From Callorhinchus milii (Eukaryota): DNA of 64,000 bases. This document shows positions 52,638 to 64,000 of this stretch, in pieces (the stretch's first letter is position 1; each line of letters begins with the position of its first letter). The notes below the pieces were generated by a model, which was not told the DNA's origin, did not search any database, and worked only from the letters and a program-made list of their open reading frames with translations. Where the stretch lies: assembly GCF_018977255.1 (NCBI RefSeq), contig NW_024704758.1, positions 14,260,001-14,324,000 of the forward strand, read 5' to 3'. Position numbers and translations under genes: made by a program.

Positions 52638-52745
52638 TCATAACTCGTCGTGGTCCCGTGTGAGATCCTCACCGTAGTTGGTGGCCTGGCTGCCCACAAA
52701 CATGTTCCAGTTATCTAAGATTTCTTGTTTTGATAACTTCTGGTC
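52638..52745 (-). CDS. rcn1: RCN1 last exon (exon 6), ER-retention HDEL
   Basis: 108 bp. [35 protein letters not shown]. Confidence 0.97.
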   Translation of the reverse strand, partial: DQKLSKQEILDNWNMFVGSQATNYGEDLTRDHDEL

Positions 52746-53556
52746 CTGTTTTGAAACAAAAAATTTTTTTAAAAAAAATTAAACACAAAAGGAATTTCAC
52801 TTTGCCAAATCTCCGCCCTGCGTCTCAAGGGTTTAGCTTTAATTCACGCTCCTAAGCCAGTGACACAAACTTTTTCCTGACAATCCAACACTGTTACTTA
52901 GAATAGAAGTACACCAGCCCTTGAGTGCTTAATGAGTTTTGATCGAGTGCAATGCTGGTCAACCCATATCAAGAAGTGGCCTGCCAAACATTTGCACTAG
53001 TCTCGGTAAGTCTGTGTGTATTAAATCAATATTTTGTTTCCAGCAGCTACTGTGTAGCAATATTTATGGCATGACTATCAATCAAGAAACATTCAATCAA
53101 GAAAATTCTTATTGGGTTACCCCACCAAAAAGATTGGTCACCATTGATTTTGTGTGTGCAAAACCCTTAGCTGCGCATCCAGCGCCTTGGGATGTCCTTC
53201 CGACGTGAAGGCGCAATATAAATGTAATTTGTTATTGCGTAGCTGAGCTGTTAGGGTGAAGAGGTTCTGGGTTTGCTGCCTGGTTTGTAGTGAGGTAGGC
53301 AATCTCCTTGTACGACAGAGATCTTGGGTGCATGGAGCATGGGTGAAGGAACCCGGGTGTCGGACTCACTGGTGTGATACGTTTGCGAATCCAGTTGTGC
53401 TTAAGCTATTTTATAATTTGGGGGTTGCTGTAGTCGGCAACTGTAAACAGCTGGAGCTTTGCTCACACGGTTTAATCACCAGTCTGGCACATCCAGTTAT
53501 CCTTCTACTCTCATGTAGCTCAACATGATGTCCCTGCTCATATTTAAAGGCATCAC

Positions 53557-53756
53557 CTTATCTTTGTCCGACTCGTACACCAGGTGTCTGGCTTCAGCCT
53601 GTGCGTGGTCGTAATCTTGCGGGAGGATCCAATGCCGGATTTCAGCTTTATCCATCTTCCCGTCCTTATTTAAGTCTCGAAAATCGGAAAACTGCTCACG
53701 TTCAGTCTGAACCCAGTCAGGTTCTGCCACACCTTCCACGTGGGCGAACATATCAG
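53557..53756 (-). CDS. rcn1: RCN1 exon 5 (EF-hands)
   Basis: 200 bp with AG/GT ends. (A)[66 protein letters not shown]. Confidence 0.97.
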
Positions 53757-55192
53757 CTGGAACAAAGAAAAAAAAGTATTGATCGTAAACTTCCATTCAA
53801 TATTAATAACCCTTGCATTTTATACAGCATCTTATCACGTCTTTTAGATGTCTCAAAGCGATTCACAGGCTATACTGTAAAGTGGAGTGATTGCGTCTTT
53901 TGTGGGTGAAACGCAGAAGCCAATTGCACACATCGGTGCCCCACAAACAGTCGTGAATGTTAACACAACATGAACAAACTATTGTGTGGTTAAGGTCTGG
54001 TCACCTGAATGCACTAGACTTCATGGTTGAGCTTTATTTTGCCTTTTCTTTGCTTTCCTCTCCTGAAATGCGCTGATTCTTTCTGGGATACAATTCAGTG
54101 GGCAACAGCTGTCTCACATATGTAGTCATATGTGAGCCCAGGCAGTGACTGTTGACAGGTTATTTGATCATGGGGAATAGCTTGATACAATATTCACTTG
54201 ACAGTCACACGCATGCACACACATTTTCCATCAGGAAGCACTGGATAGCGATCGGAAGTGGGATCCCTTCCTGATATTTTCCTTACCTCATCCAAGGGCC
54301 CAACACATGGAAATTTCCCTGTGTCTGGAATAGAATGCGCACTCTCTCCTGGTTTACTTAATTCTGGAGAGTAATAGTATTAGACGCAGTTTGGCCAGAG
54401 CCAAGTACGGGGAATCTAAGTCAAGGAGACCATGCACCTACATAGAACTCACTTGTGCTCCGCATAGTGGTAATACTAGTTTATTGAGTAATTCTTAACC
54501 TGTACATAACAGAATTATTCCACCTCCTTCTGCGGGAGCTTTTTTTTAAACCAAGACGTACCTTGATTTTTTTTAACTTGTTTGGTTAAAAGTCCAACAG
54601 CTTCAACGACAAATTACTTAAGCTGAGGCTTTGAATCGAGCAGGTTCAATTTGCTGCTGTATGCTTAATACATTCTGTAAATGCGCTTTGTGTGGAAGCA
54701 GTTATACAAAGGAACAAGTCACCACTGTTCACATATCAGCACATGTCGACAAGTACTTGGTAATTACAGGTAGGTAATGTCATTGAATGGGATTTAATTA
54801 CTGTGAAATTGTACTTGCCCATTGTGTTAGTCATACATAGAGAGCATTTAAGAACTTGGGTCTATTTAGTCAGGCCATTTAAATTGTGCATAAAGCTCTA
54901 CAATTAAGGGGAGAATTGCTGTAAGTGCTCATTGTTATTGAGAGATGCTCTTAGTCAACTACGAGGTGGAATTGCTAAACTATGTGTAATTCAATGATTC
55001 TTTGGCTCTATCTAGATTTTATACATACAACTGCAAAGATACCTATTGAGCATAACAGCAAATGGGTTGGGGGGGGTGGGGGGGTTCCTAATGTCACAAC
55101 CAGAACTGTAATTGGACGTGATCTCGTGCTTCTGCAGTCACCGCAAACGTGAGCAGAAAGTCAAAACTCCGGCCTGGAAGTGGCTGACTTTT

Positions 55193-55245
55193 GGGTCATC
55201 AGGTCATTGTCACAGGGAGAGATGTCAATGGTGACCTGATGACCT
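55193..55245. promoter_or_regulatory. Inverted pair of DR2 nuclear-receptor elements
   Basis: GGGTCAtcAGGTCA (+, 55193-55206) and AGGTCAtcAGGTCA (-, 55232-55245). Confidence 0.45.
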
Positions 55246-55609
55246 GCAACTCAAGCATTTTGACTTCTCTGTACGGGCTAAGTGCAAAAAGAGCCGGTGA
55301 GGGCATTTCAGAATTTTGGGGGGGTGGGGGGGGGAGTAAAAGTCAGGGCCAAGGTTGACTCGTTTAGCTGGGCTTTGTGTTCATGCAAGTCCACAGGATA
55401 CCTGAGCTATGAGTGAAAACACCTTGTAATGAAGCGCTTTATATTGGAGGTTGTAGTCTGCTCAAGCGCTCCCCTTATACATGAGTAGGCAGAGGGTAAT
55501 GTACATTATGCAGGAGAACCCTAATATAGTGACCTCTGGGTGTAGGATATACTGTAAAGTGGATTGACTGTGTAGATAATTACTTGTTATCCAGGGCCGT
55601 TACAAGTTA

Positions 55610-55735
55610 CAGGGCTATGGGGAGAGCGCAGGGAAATGGGATTGATCTGGAAAAGCACTTTTCAAAGAGCTAGCACAGACGCGATGGGCTGAATGTCCTC
55701 CTTCTGTGCTGCATACTTCTACAATTCTATGATTT
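55610..55735 (+). mobile_element. CR1 LINE 3' end in RCN1 intron 4
   Basis: GGGCTATGGGGAGAGCGCAGG...GATGGGCTGAATGTCCTCCTTCTGTGCTG and (ATTCTA)n-like tail. Confidence 0.8.
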
Positions 55736-56569
55736 TGTGGGCAAGATGTGCAGGAAGCCATACTTAAGTTCACTGTATGAAGCTTTGACCAACTCTCCAG
55801 CCTTACACAACTTCCCACTGGTGTGATTCTTCAAATGCTAACACAATATTTGTTTTAATGGCTGCACGAGAGCAATTTTTCTTTTCTTATTGCTCTCTCG
55901 AAATGTTCCTTGGTCAGAAAGGGCAGGGCAGCAGCTGTGAACACTCCCTAAATTTACAGTAACTCCCCCCCCACCCCCCCCTAACCTCCCACGGAGAAAA
56001 GCCGAGACTGACAAAAGTGTGCCCTGCAGGAGTAACCCGAGTGTCATCAAACCCAGAGTCTGAACCCTGGGGCTTTGCTAGGAAGGAATCCCAACACCCA
56101 GCAAGGCAGCTCCGAGCAGCTTGAGAGATAACCCATCAAAAAGACTCACTCGATTCTTTTTTAAAAAAAAGACACAGATGGTCAAGTTACAAATAAGGTG
56201 ATAAAGAAATAAAATCCTTCTCTCCAGATTGACATTGCGCCAAAAAACAATCCAAGAGCCAATCTTATTGCACAAAGCTTCGGCTCAAAGGAAAGGCAGT
56301 TTCAAACATTGGAGGGTTGAAAAGCTTCCCCCCTTCTTGAAAAACAGGCACAGCAAGTTGCACTGGCTAGAAAACAGCCTGTAATTTAACAAGATTTCTT
56401 GTAAAACAAAACGGTCTTCCAGCAATATTTCCCCCATTACTGCAGAAGCCATCGCATCTGTGCTTGTAAGCCTTAAATGGCTTTGCGAAAGAATATCATC
56501 TGATTTCAAGTGAAGCTCTCAGGTGGTATGAATAGGTCAAAGCGAGTGATTAAAATCAGTGTTCCTTAC

Positions 56570-56630
56570 CAATGTACTCATCCTCATCAATGAATCCGTT
56601 TCCATCCTTATCAATGTCTTCCAGCGTTTC
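56570..56630 (-). CDS. rcn1: RCN1 exon 4 (EF-hand)
   Basis: 61 bp, not in the ORF track. ETLEDIDKDGNGFIDEDEYI, canonical AG and GTAAGG. Confidence 0.96.
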
Positions 56631-58797
56631 CTAGGAGGGGGAGGAAAGAAGTTAGATGAGCTATGTTGCAGTTCTGATCCTATTCTTGAAGCTTCTTCAT
56701 TTCAGTTAGTTACAGATTAGATTGTTCAGAACATGCTGCCTGCTTTTTTTTCATGACGATTCTTCAAAGCTCTTCCTACCCTGCAATTAGAACGCATTCT
56801 CCCAGTGTTTGCTAGCTGTCTGGGTGCCCAGTGGGCTGAGAGCGCTGGTTATCAGCATTGATTGAGGATTTGAGGAGGGATTTTCATACAGGCAAAGGTC
56901 ACTCAAGCAACGACGTAACTAATCACGACTGTCGGCTGGCTGTACTTTACCCACAATAATCCGATAACCTCTTCAAATAAGAATGCAACCACTAGCTCGC
57001 GAACAAGCAAATGTATTTGTGTGCTTCGCAGAGTGTTGATACAGAGCAACAGCATGATAAAGCGGTGGTTCTGGGTCTATTCGCTCTCAGACCCCTGAGT
57101 TGAAACAAAGGTCGAAAAATGGCTGATTTCTCGATCATCAGGATCACTGCTGATGCCACTTCCTGCATACTGTACATGTGCAGGAAAGGCCGCTGATGTC
57201 ACTACCATTAGCAAGCGTGCCCAGTGCACAGGAAATAACATCAGTGGTGAAGGGTGCTATACAAATGCAAGTTGTTGTTGGTGGTGATTTCAGCAGGACT
57301 TTCTGGCTTATTCCTCCCATCACCCACCACTACTGGAGTCGTTGTCTGATTCCACTCAACCACGTGCTTCTGAGCTGGTGAACTGGGCTTTTTTTACCGA
57401 AAATGAGATGGGCGTAAAATTCCACATTAATTGGAATTCCCATCATTTCATACCTGGTCACACCCCACAGTTCATCTTACACACAAAGAGACGCGATGGT
57501 CCGTTTCCAATGCAGTTTAAAACAACCCGCCATGTCATATGACCTGACCTATAAAAACTAGCACAGCACTGAACTTTAAAGGGAGTTTGTATTGCTTTCG
57601 CTTGATTTTAAATATCAAGTATTTAACTCTTTGACTGCTAGTAAGTCCAGAGAAACTCCAGTCTCCCTGTGCCAACCAGCTCAAGCACTGTGACACTGAA
57701 AACTTACAGTAACAGTGCAGTATTAAACAAAACTCTGTAAACCTCAGGAATAGGTTCATCACTACAATAGCAACTTGTCCCTTTCCTTCTCGGACAAGGG
57801 GTTGTCTTCTTTTACCCCTTGGAGCTAAGCTTGGCTCCTGGGTGATGTATTTGGCAACAGAATGTCCGAATTGAGCCAGCCGTCTGTGGCTGTCTCGGTA
57901 GTCTGGTTCCTGAGCCAGGCGGATCCGCAGTACTCCAAGGCACTGCCGATAACAAACCAGCCGGCTTGTTATCTCACAGCAGTGATTCTTCCCACTCAGC
58001 TCCTGCTAACCCTGCAAGTCAAAGACCTAACGGGTAGGGCGGTCGGTCCTTGTGGACAAGCAGCGGGAAGCATCCCTGACAATGCTCTCGATGGTAAGCT
58101 GTGTGGTCTTAGCTGGTTAAATTCCAGCAGTTACCCCAACAGACGATCTGGGGTCCACAAGGCTTGTCAACCTGCACCTAATACAGTCCAAAATTAGGTA
58201 AACAGGGTGCATCCCCCCAGTGAGCATTTAATTCCAGACTTAGGGTAATTGCTATGTGTGGAGATGTGCATATGAGAAACACTCATTTTAAGCAAGGTGA
58301 TGGGTTTCTTTATGTGTCCACTATTCCAGTACACTGAGACACTACGTACAGTGTTTTTATGCAATGGTTTTTCACAAAGGTTATCAAACGTACAGCAAAA
58401 TAATACAGCTTGACAGATTGCAGTAAATAAAATAAAGTTCCATCTGATGGTAAATAAGGACGGTGTTTGATGAGATCTGATGTGTACAGACATCTGCTAA
58501 AGGTTAGTGGAACAGGAGCTTACTCAGGCAAGCAATGCTACACATACGGTTTGTGTAGAATGAAAGGCAATGAGCAAAGGTTACCATTCAGTGATGCCTT
58601 TTTAAGGGAGAGAGACTGACTTACAAGCAGTCTTGTAAGACTGCTTAAGCCAGAGGCACTGAAGTATTCAGAGGATGTGGGGAGGGTGAAGGGAGAGATC
58701 AAGGTGCAGAGATGACAGCAAGTTCAGGATGTTTAATTGCTGTCATTTGCCAGGCGAGGCCAACATTCAAATTGCGGTATGGCTGAGGTTTACTTAC

Positions 58798-58976
58798 AAG
58801 GACGACAATTTCCTTCATGTGCTCAAACTCCTCAGGGTGAAGGAAGGCAGTGAACTCTTCCCTGGTGGCCACCAGATCACCATCGATATCCGCCGATTTG
58901 AATCTGCGTTCGTCTCGGTGCAGCATCTTCTTAAAGCTGAGCTGATCAGCGATGTCCTGGAACTCTTCAGGGTTTT
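58798..58976 (-). CDS. rcn1: RCN1 exon 3
   Basis: 179 bp. (E)[59 protein letters not shown], donor GTAAGT. Confidence 0.97.
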
Positions 58977-61066
58977 CTGCGTTTCACAAGAGTCAAGACC
59001 GTCAGTTTAATGAAGCGAGGCCAATTACTGAGTGCCCGAAGACACTATCGTCCATTTGAGATTTCCGTTCTCACATCTTGTGCGCAATTATAGTCGAGAC
59101 TCTGTCTGGCTTTTGGTCTTGATTGAAGTCCACCTGCAACTACTTTGTACCCTTAGCAGTATTTGCAAAGAGACCTACGTCATTTCCTCAGGCTGGTGTG
59201 GATGTTGTTTTGAGCCCGTGTCTCGGGATGTGAAAGGAGAATTTTCCTATGCACAGAGGCCAATGTTTCTTAGTGAAATGAATGTTTATCTATAGCATCA
59301 TTCAGCTTCCTACTTCTCACACTATCCTCCCACCTACAGATTAGCTTTGTCCATATCACTTCTTGTCTACCTGTAATATTTAATAACAGTTCCTCCTGAA
59401 TGCTTTTTATGTGGGTAAGTGACCTAAATTTGTGCCTTTCTTTTGTAAAGAAGTGTCTTTGTTTGGAAGTACAATTACACATTAATTATTGAGGTGTAAA
59501 TCTATGCGCGTATGGGTGTGATGGTGAACATCACAAGACTGAGAAATCCCTGTCACTCAGTGACAATAATAATCCTTCCATTTGATACAGTGGCTGTAAC
59601 ACAGAACCGTATCAAGCCCGAGTTAGCCGAACTAACATTCTCTAAGGATAATCTTTATTTGGTAGATATCTGGAGCATTATTACACCAGCATAGATTTGG
59701 ATTTTTAAAATGAAAAGTCGCTAAGTTTTTTTTTAAAAAAAAGTTTGGTAACATTACTGCAGTTTAAGTGACTGCTATGTGGTCAGTTACTGCCCAGGAG
59801 TCTGTATTCGCTAAAAGCTCTTCAAATTCCCAGGTGGCCTTCGGTGGTTTGGACACAGATGGAGCACTTACTTGCAACAGGAAACACGAGTGGATCAATG
59901 GGAAACCACTCCTCAGGTTTGGTGAATGAGGCATTTCAGTGCCCACACTTCAGTCATTCAGATGCACAAACATTGAGTAGGTTCCAGCACAACCACATCC
60001 AAAAAAGGCATTGACTGCGTTGAGATGAGCATGTGGTTGTTTGCTCATCACCTTATTCACATTACAGACCAGAGACACATTGAAGGCCGTGCTTTCAGCC
60101 ACTACCCTCTGGAACGCCCTCCCTCAATCCCTCAGCCTTGTACCCTCCTTCTCCATTTTCAGACCTTAAGACCTTCCTCTTTGACCGTGCCTATGGTCGC
60201 CTCTCCCTCCCCCAGCTCAGCATCAGGCTTTGCCACTGTTAAGCGCTCCAACACACTACCCTGCGTGAAGGGCGCATATAAATGCAAGCTGTTGCTGGTG
60301 AGACATTCACCTAGTCCAATAAAAGCCACTGTTCACACATCTTAAGGGACAGTATGTTGTTCACATTTTCTAATCAAAAGGACATTTGCAACAAAGATCT
60401 TACTCCCAATTCCAGGCATGGATAATGCAACACTACTGAGAATCCTAGGTTGTGGGTAAACCCAGACTTTTCAGGCCTGCGTGTACTGTTGGCTTTGATA
60501 ACAGCAAATACAGTGACAAAGCATTGCAATTCTTTATGAAGCATAACCAATCAGCTACGCCTGCATTGCGCCTTATACTCAATAAATGGTATTAGGTTGA
60601 CCATACGATGCCAAGGGTGTCCCATCGAGGTAGAGAACGTCGGGAGGATGTCTCAAGGTGCTGGACCTGAATTCTGGCAGCAATCTCTTCTGCCTGTAAG
60701 ATTGTGAACTTCTGCTTATCTGTGAGTTTGTCTCCAGGTTCCAAGCCAGCTAATCAAATCCAAAGGGGACATCCAAAAAGCGAAGCTTTTACAAGGTACC
60801 AATATGCCAGATTTCAATGGGAAATAAGGCTGATGGCCGGCTGATAAGATGGGGAGTTGGGTGGGGTTGAGTCTCTCTGGGCTGTGCTTGCAAAACTCTT
60901 TGTTGATCGCTTATACAGCAGCACTGACAAAGGCCTTAGGAATAGCTGAGGGAGTGGGGGGGGAAGGCAGGTGGCCGAAAGCGCGGTCGGAAAGATAGAT
61001 CTTAAGGAGCGCTTTGAAAGTTGAGCAGATTAACACGGAGAGAACATCATGTGGTTTTAGCCTTAC

Positions 61067-61260
61067 CCAAGTAATATCCGTAGGTCGCTTGCTTGTATTC
61101 GTCCCAGGCTATTTTATTGTCCTTGTTGAGGTCGTAATCCCTCCACACTTTTGCGACGTTTTCATAAATATAACGTTTCTGCACCCGTTTAATCCAGGCT
61201 TTGAGTTCCTCGGTGGTAACAAACTGATCCTTGTTGTCATCTATCCGGTCTACGATTTTT
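61067..61260 (-). CDS. rcn1: RCN1 exon 2 (exon 1 lies beyond the window end)
   Basis: 194 bp. KIVDRIDDNKDQFVTTEELKAWIKRVQKRYIYENVAKVWRDYDLNKDNKIAWDEYKQATYGYYL, two EF-hands, donor GTAAGG. Confidence 0.97.
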
Positions 61261-63419
61261 CTATTTAAAAAAAAGCATATATACATTACACATAAATAGA
61301 TAGATATATGTACACATGTAAACAAATTCAGAGAAAGAAAATGCCCTCGTGGCAAACCATCCTCGTGTCACTATTAGTGGCCGAGCTTTCAGCAACTACT
61401 CTCTGACATCCGGAACTCCCTTGCTCTACCCCTGTGTTTTGCCCTCTCTCGCGCTCTCTATCTGTCTGTCTTTAAAATGCCACCTAGAAAGCTGTGTCGT
61501 TGATCGCGCCTATGGTTACCTCCCTCTATTCCCTCGCTTGGTGTCTAACCCTGCCATTGTGCAGCGCTTTGAGATGCTATCCTGCGTGAAGGGTGCTGTA
61601 TAAATTCGAACTGTTATTGTTGGGAGTAACACATGATATTTGGCTTCATCTACTAACAGGAACCATTCAAACCTAAAAATATTTTTGAACATGGCGCTGT
61701 TAATTCTGTAGCAGCTAGCAGATCTTCTTAATAGCGAGGCTATAGATAGAATATAAGAAGATGAGTCTCAAGAGCTATTTGAAGAACTGGGGTATTACTG
61801 CATTCTAACACATACCTGACTGCAAACTTCTGTGTGCTAAACAATCAGAAAGCATTCAGATATATACCACAGGATTGCTTGTGTTGCAATAGTTTTATAT
61901 CACTAACACCAGGTCCAAATATCACTGGTACTGGCCTGTGTTGCACAGATCAGCAGCACAGAGTTTAGAGCGGTTGATTGACTTTCAAGGGTATCACAAA
62001 CCTACTTATAATCAGAAGAGCTTTCAGGTCTGTGGGTAGGAGAGGAGGGAAAGAGAGTGAGTCAAAATACTGTGCTATCAAAGATTAGAATATTGATTGC
62101 TGAGAGAAAGATCTTTCACCATGATAAAGCTGGATTTAACATCAACTTGCACTTATATAGCACTCTCCACGCAGGCTAGCATCTCGGAGCGCTCGAATAG
62201 ATTCACCTTTAGTAGCTTTATTACATACTATTTCTTTAGAGTTTAAGCCCATGAAGTATCATTACATACAGTATCTTCACACAAATCATCTTTAGGTTAC
62301 GCTCTGCTCTAGAAAAGGCCAAACTAGAGCTAGAAGTTAGCGCAACTTTGAACTGCGTTATCTGGTTTGTGCGTGATTGATTGACTAAGGCACCTACTTA
62401 ATTGGAGAGATGTCTACTGCAAATCCGACGTGTACGGTTAGAAACTTCCTGGCCTACACTACAACAGTGGACGACAGATGCCTTAAACACAAACTCAGAA
62501 GGGAGTGAGGTACATACAGCTTCCCACACCAGGGGTGTCTGCCTGGGAAAGTAGAAAGAGATCTGTCCACCACACCAGGTGAATGATGCTGCCCAATATG
62601 ATTAATGCACCACCAACCTACACATTCTGTCTCTGCTCATCTTCTTTCGTATTAAGCTGCTCGAACATACAATGTAGTGCCAATTCCGTGTGACCCCCAT
62701 TGGAGTTAATGGCAGTTCAGTTATCTTACAGCTCCGGTATCCAGCGTCTAAAAGCAGCACTTTACAAGCACAGAAGCACTTTGTCTTTTAAAAATGTCTT
62801 GAATCATTATTCACAAAATGACTTTGTGTTGTGACAGTTGTTTGTTGGTCACCCCGACCTGTAGCCTTACACCTGTAACATTTATGTTTGATTATTATCA
62901 TAATAATCCTCGCATTTGATATAGCGCCTTATCACGTCTTTGAGACGTCTCCAAGCGCTTCAAAGGATATACTGTAAAGTGAATTCACTGTATAGTTTGT
63001 GGGTGAAAAGTGGCACCCAATTGTGCAGAGGGGTGTCCCACATACAGTTGTAGATTGAGTGACCAAATTACTGTACTAACATAAAACTCCACTGCACTGG
63101 TGCAAGCTTCCCTCTCTCAGATCTGCTTGCGTAAATCTATATTTGCCTAAAAAAAATTATTGTATATGATAATTATTACCAAGATATTTTTATGAAGCAT
63201 AAAAACTGCAAGTTCCTTCTTTCTTAAACACAATGCAGTTTATATTCATGTAAATATCTGGGAGAAGTTTTGATTAACACACCAGGTTTTGCAGTGTGAT
63301 AGAGCCATGACTTGCCCAGCACGGCTAGTAGTGGGTGAAAGGAATTATCAAGTGGCAGATGACTCTGCTGGTAGCCCACTATGTGTGACACATATGATCG
63401 GAGGTGTCTTCATTAGGTG

Positions 63420-63785
63420 TCTCGTCTCTGAGTCAGGTTACGAGTTCAAGCCCTACTTTGAGATTCTGAGCTCATGTCGATGCAGATTCTCCAGCGCAAT
63501 GCTGGTTGGTGTCCTATCTGTCTGCTCAGGAGGATGTTAAAGATCCCATGGCCCTACTCGAAAAGAGAACAGAATTTCTCCTGGTGTCCAGTCCAACAAT
63601 GCCCCAGATAAAACTGATCATTCATTTAATCCATGGCTGTTTGTGGGACTGTGCTGTGTGCACAAATTGGCAGCCATGTTTTGTCTGCAAAATACACAGT
63701 CACTACACTTTACAATAAATCATGTAATGTCCCTTGAGGTTTTTGGCAACATGCTAAGCCACTGTATCAAATGCAACGATTCGAT
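63420..63785 (+). mobile_element. DeuSINE with tRNA-like head in RCN1 intron 1
   Basis: B-box-like GAGTTCAAGCCC, then AAAGATCCCATGGC...TTCTCCTGGTGTCC...TTGTGGGAC...AAATTGGCAGCC and an L2 tail. Confidence 0.75.
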
Positions 63786-64000
63786 ACAATAATGAATTTG
63801 AATAATTAATTTTAATAATTTTTAAAAATGGTACATTTAATAATTGAATAGAGGAAGGTTTCCACCCAAACTTTTGTTGTGACATTTTCAAGTCTTGTTA
63901 ATCTGATGTGCTTCAATTATTCATGAAAAAAGTCAAGTCAGCACTTTGAACTTAAGTTTCCTCTGCTAAACATACAGAATTTATAGTAATGTTGGAAAGT

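Overview
Vertebrate genomic DNA, not microbial. The repeat content (Deu-type tRNA SINEs with L2 tails, L2 and CR1 LINE ends) points to a cartilaginous fish, and the compact locus suggests a holocephalan such as the elephant shark (inference). The window is orthologous to part of the human 11p13 WT1-RCN1-PAX6 region. It holds three genes. (1) The 3' half of WT1 on the + strand: exons 6-10, four C2H2 zinc fingers, with the +/-KTS alternative donors intact. (2) An intact THEM7-like hotdog-fold acyl-CoA thioesterase on the + strand: two coding exons, about 204 aa, a 14.7-kb intron, a bacterial YbgC/4HBT-like catalytic motif and a probable mitochondrial leader. This gene is a pseudogene in human. 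(3) RCN1 (reticulocalbin-1) exons 2-6 on the - strand, ending in HDEL and convergent with THEM7. Non-coding points of interest are a ~610-bp C-run/AGC tract, a solo LTR and an L2 each nested inside a SINE, inverted retroposon pairs, a paired DR2 nuclear-receptor palindrome, tandem ZNF143-type motifs beside a long hairpin, a diverged ~80-bp duplication and several enhancer-like repeat-free blocks. I found no evidence of a wholly new multi-gene system. The least-characterised element is the THEM7-like enzyme and its regulatory context.
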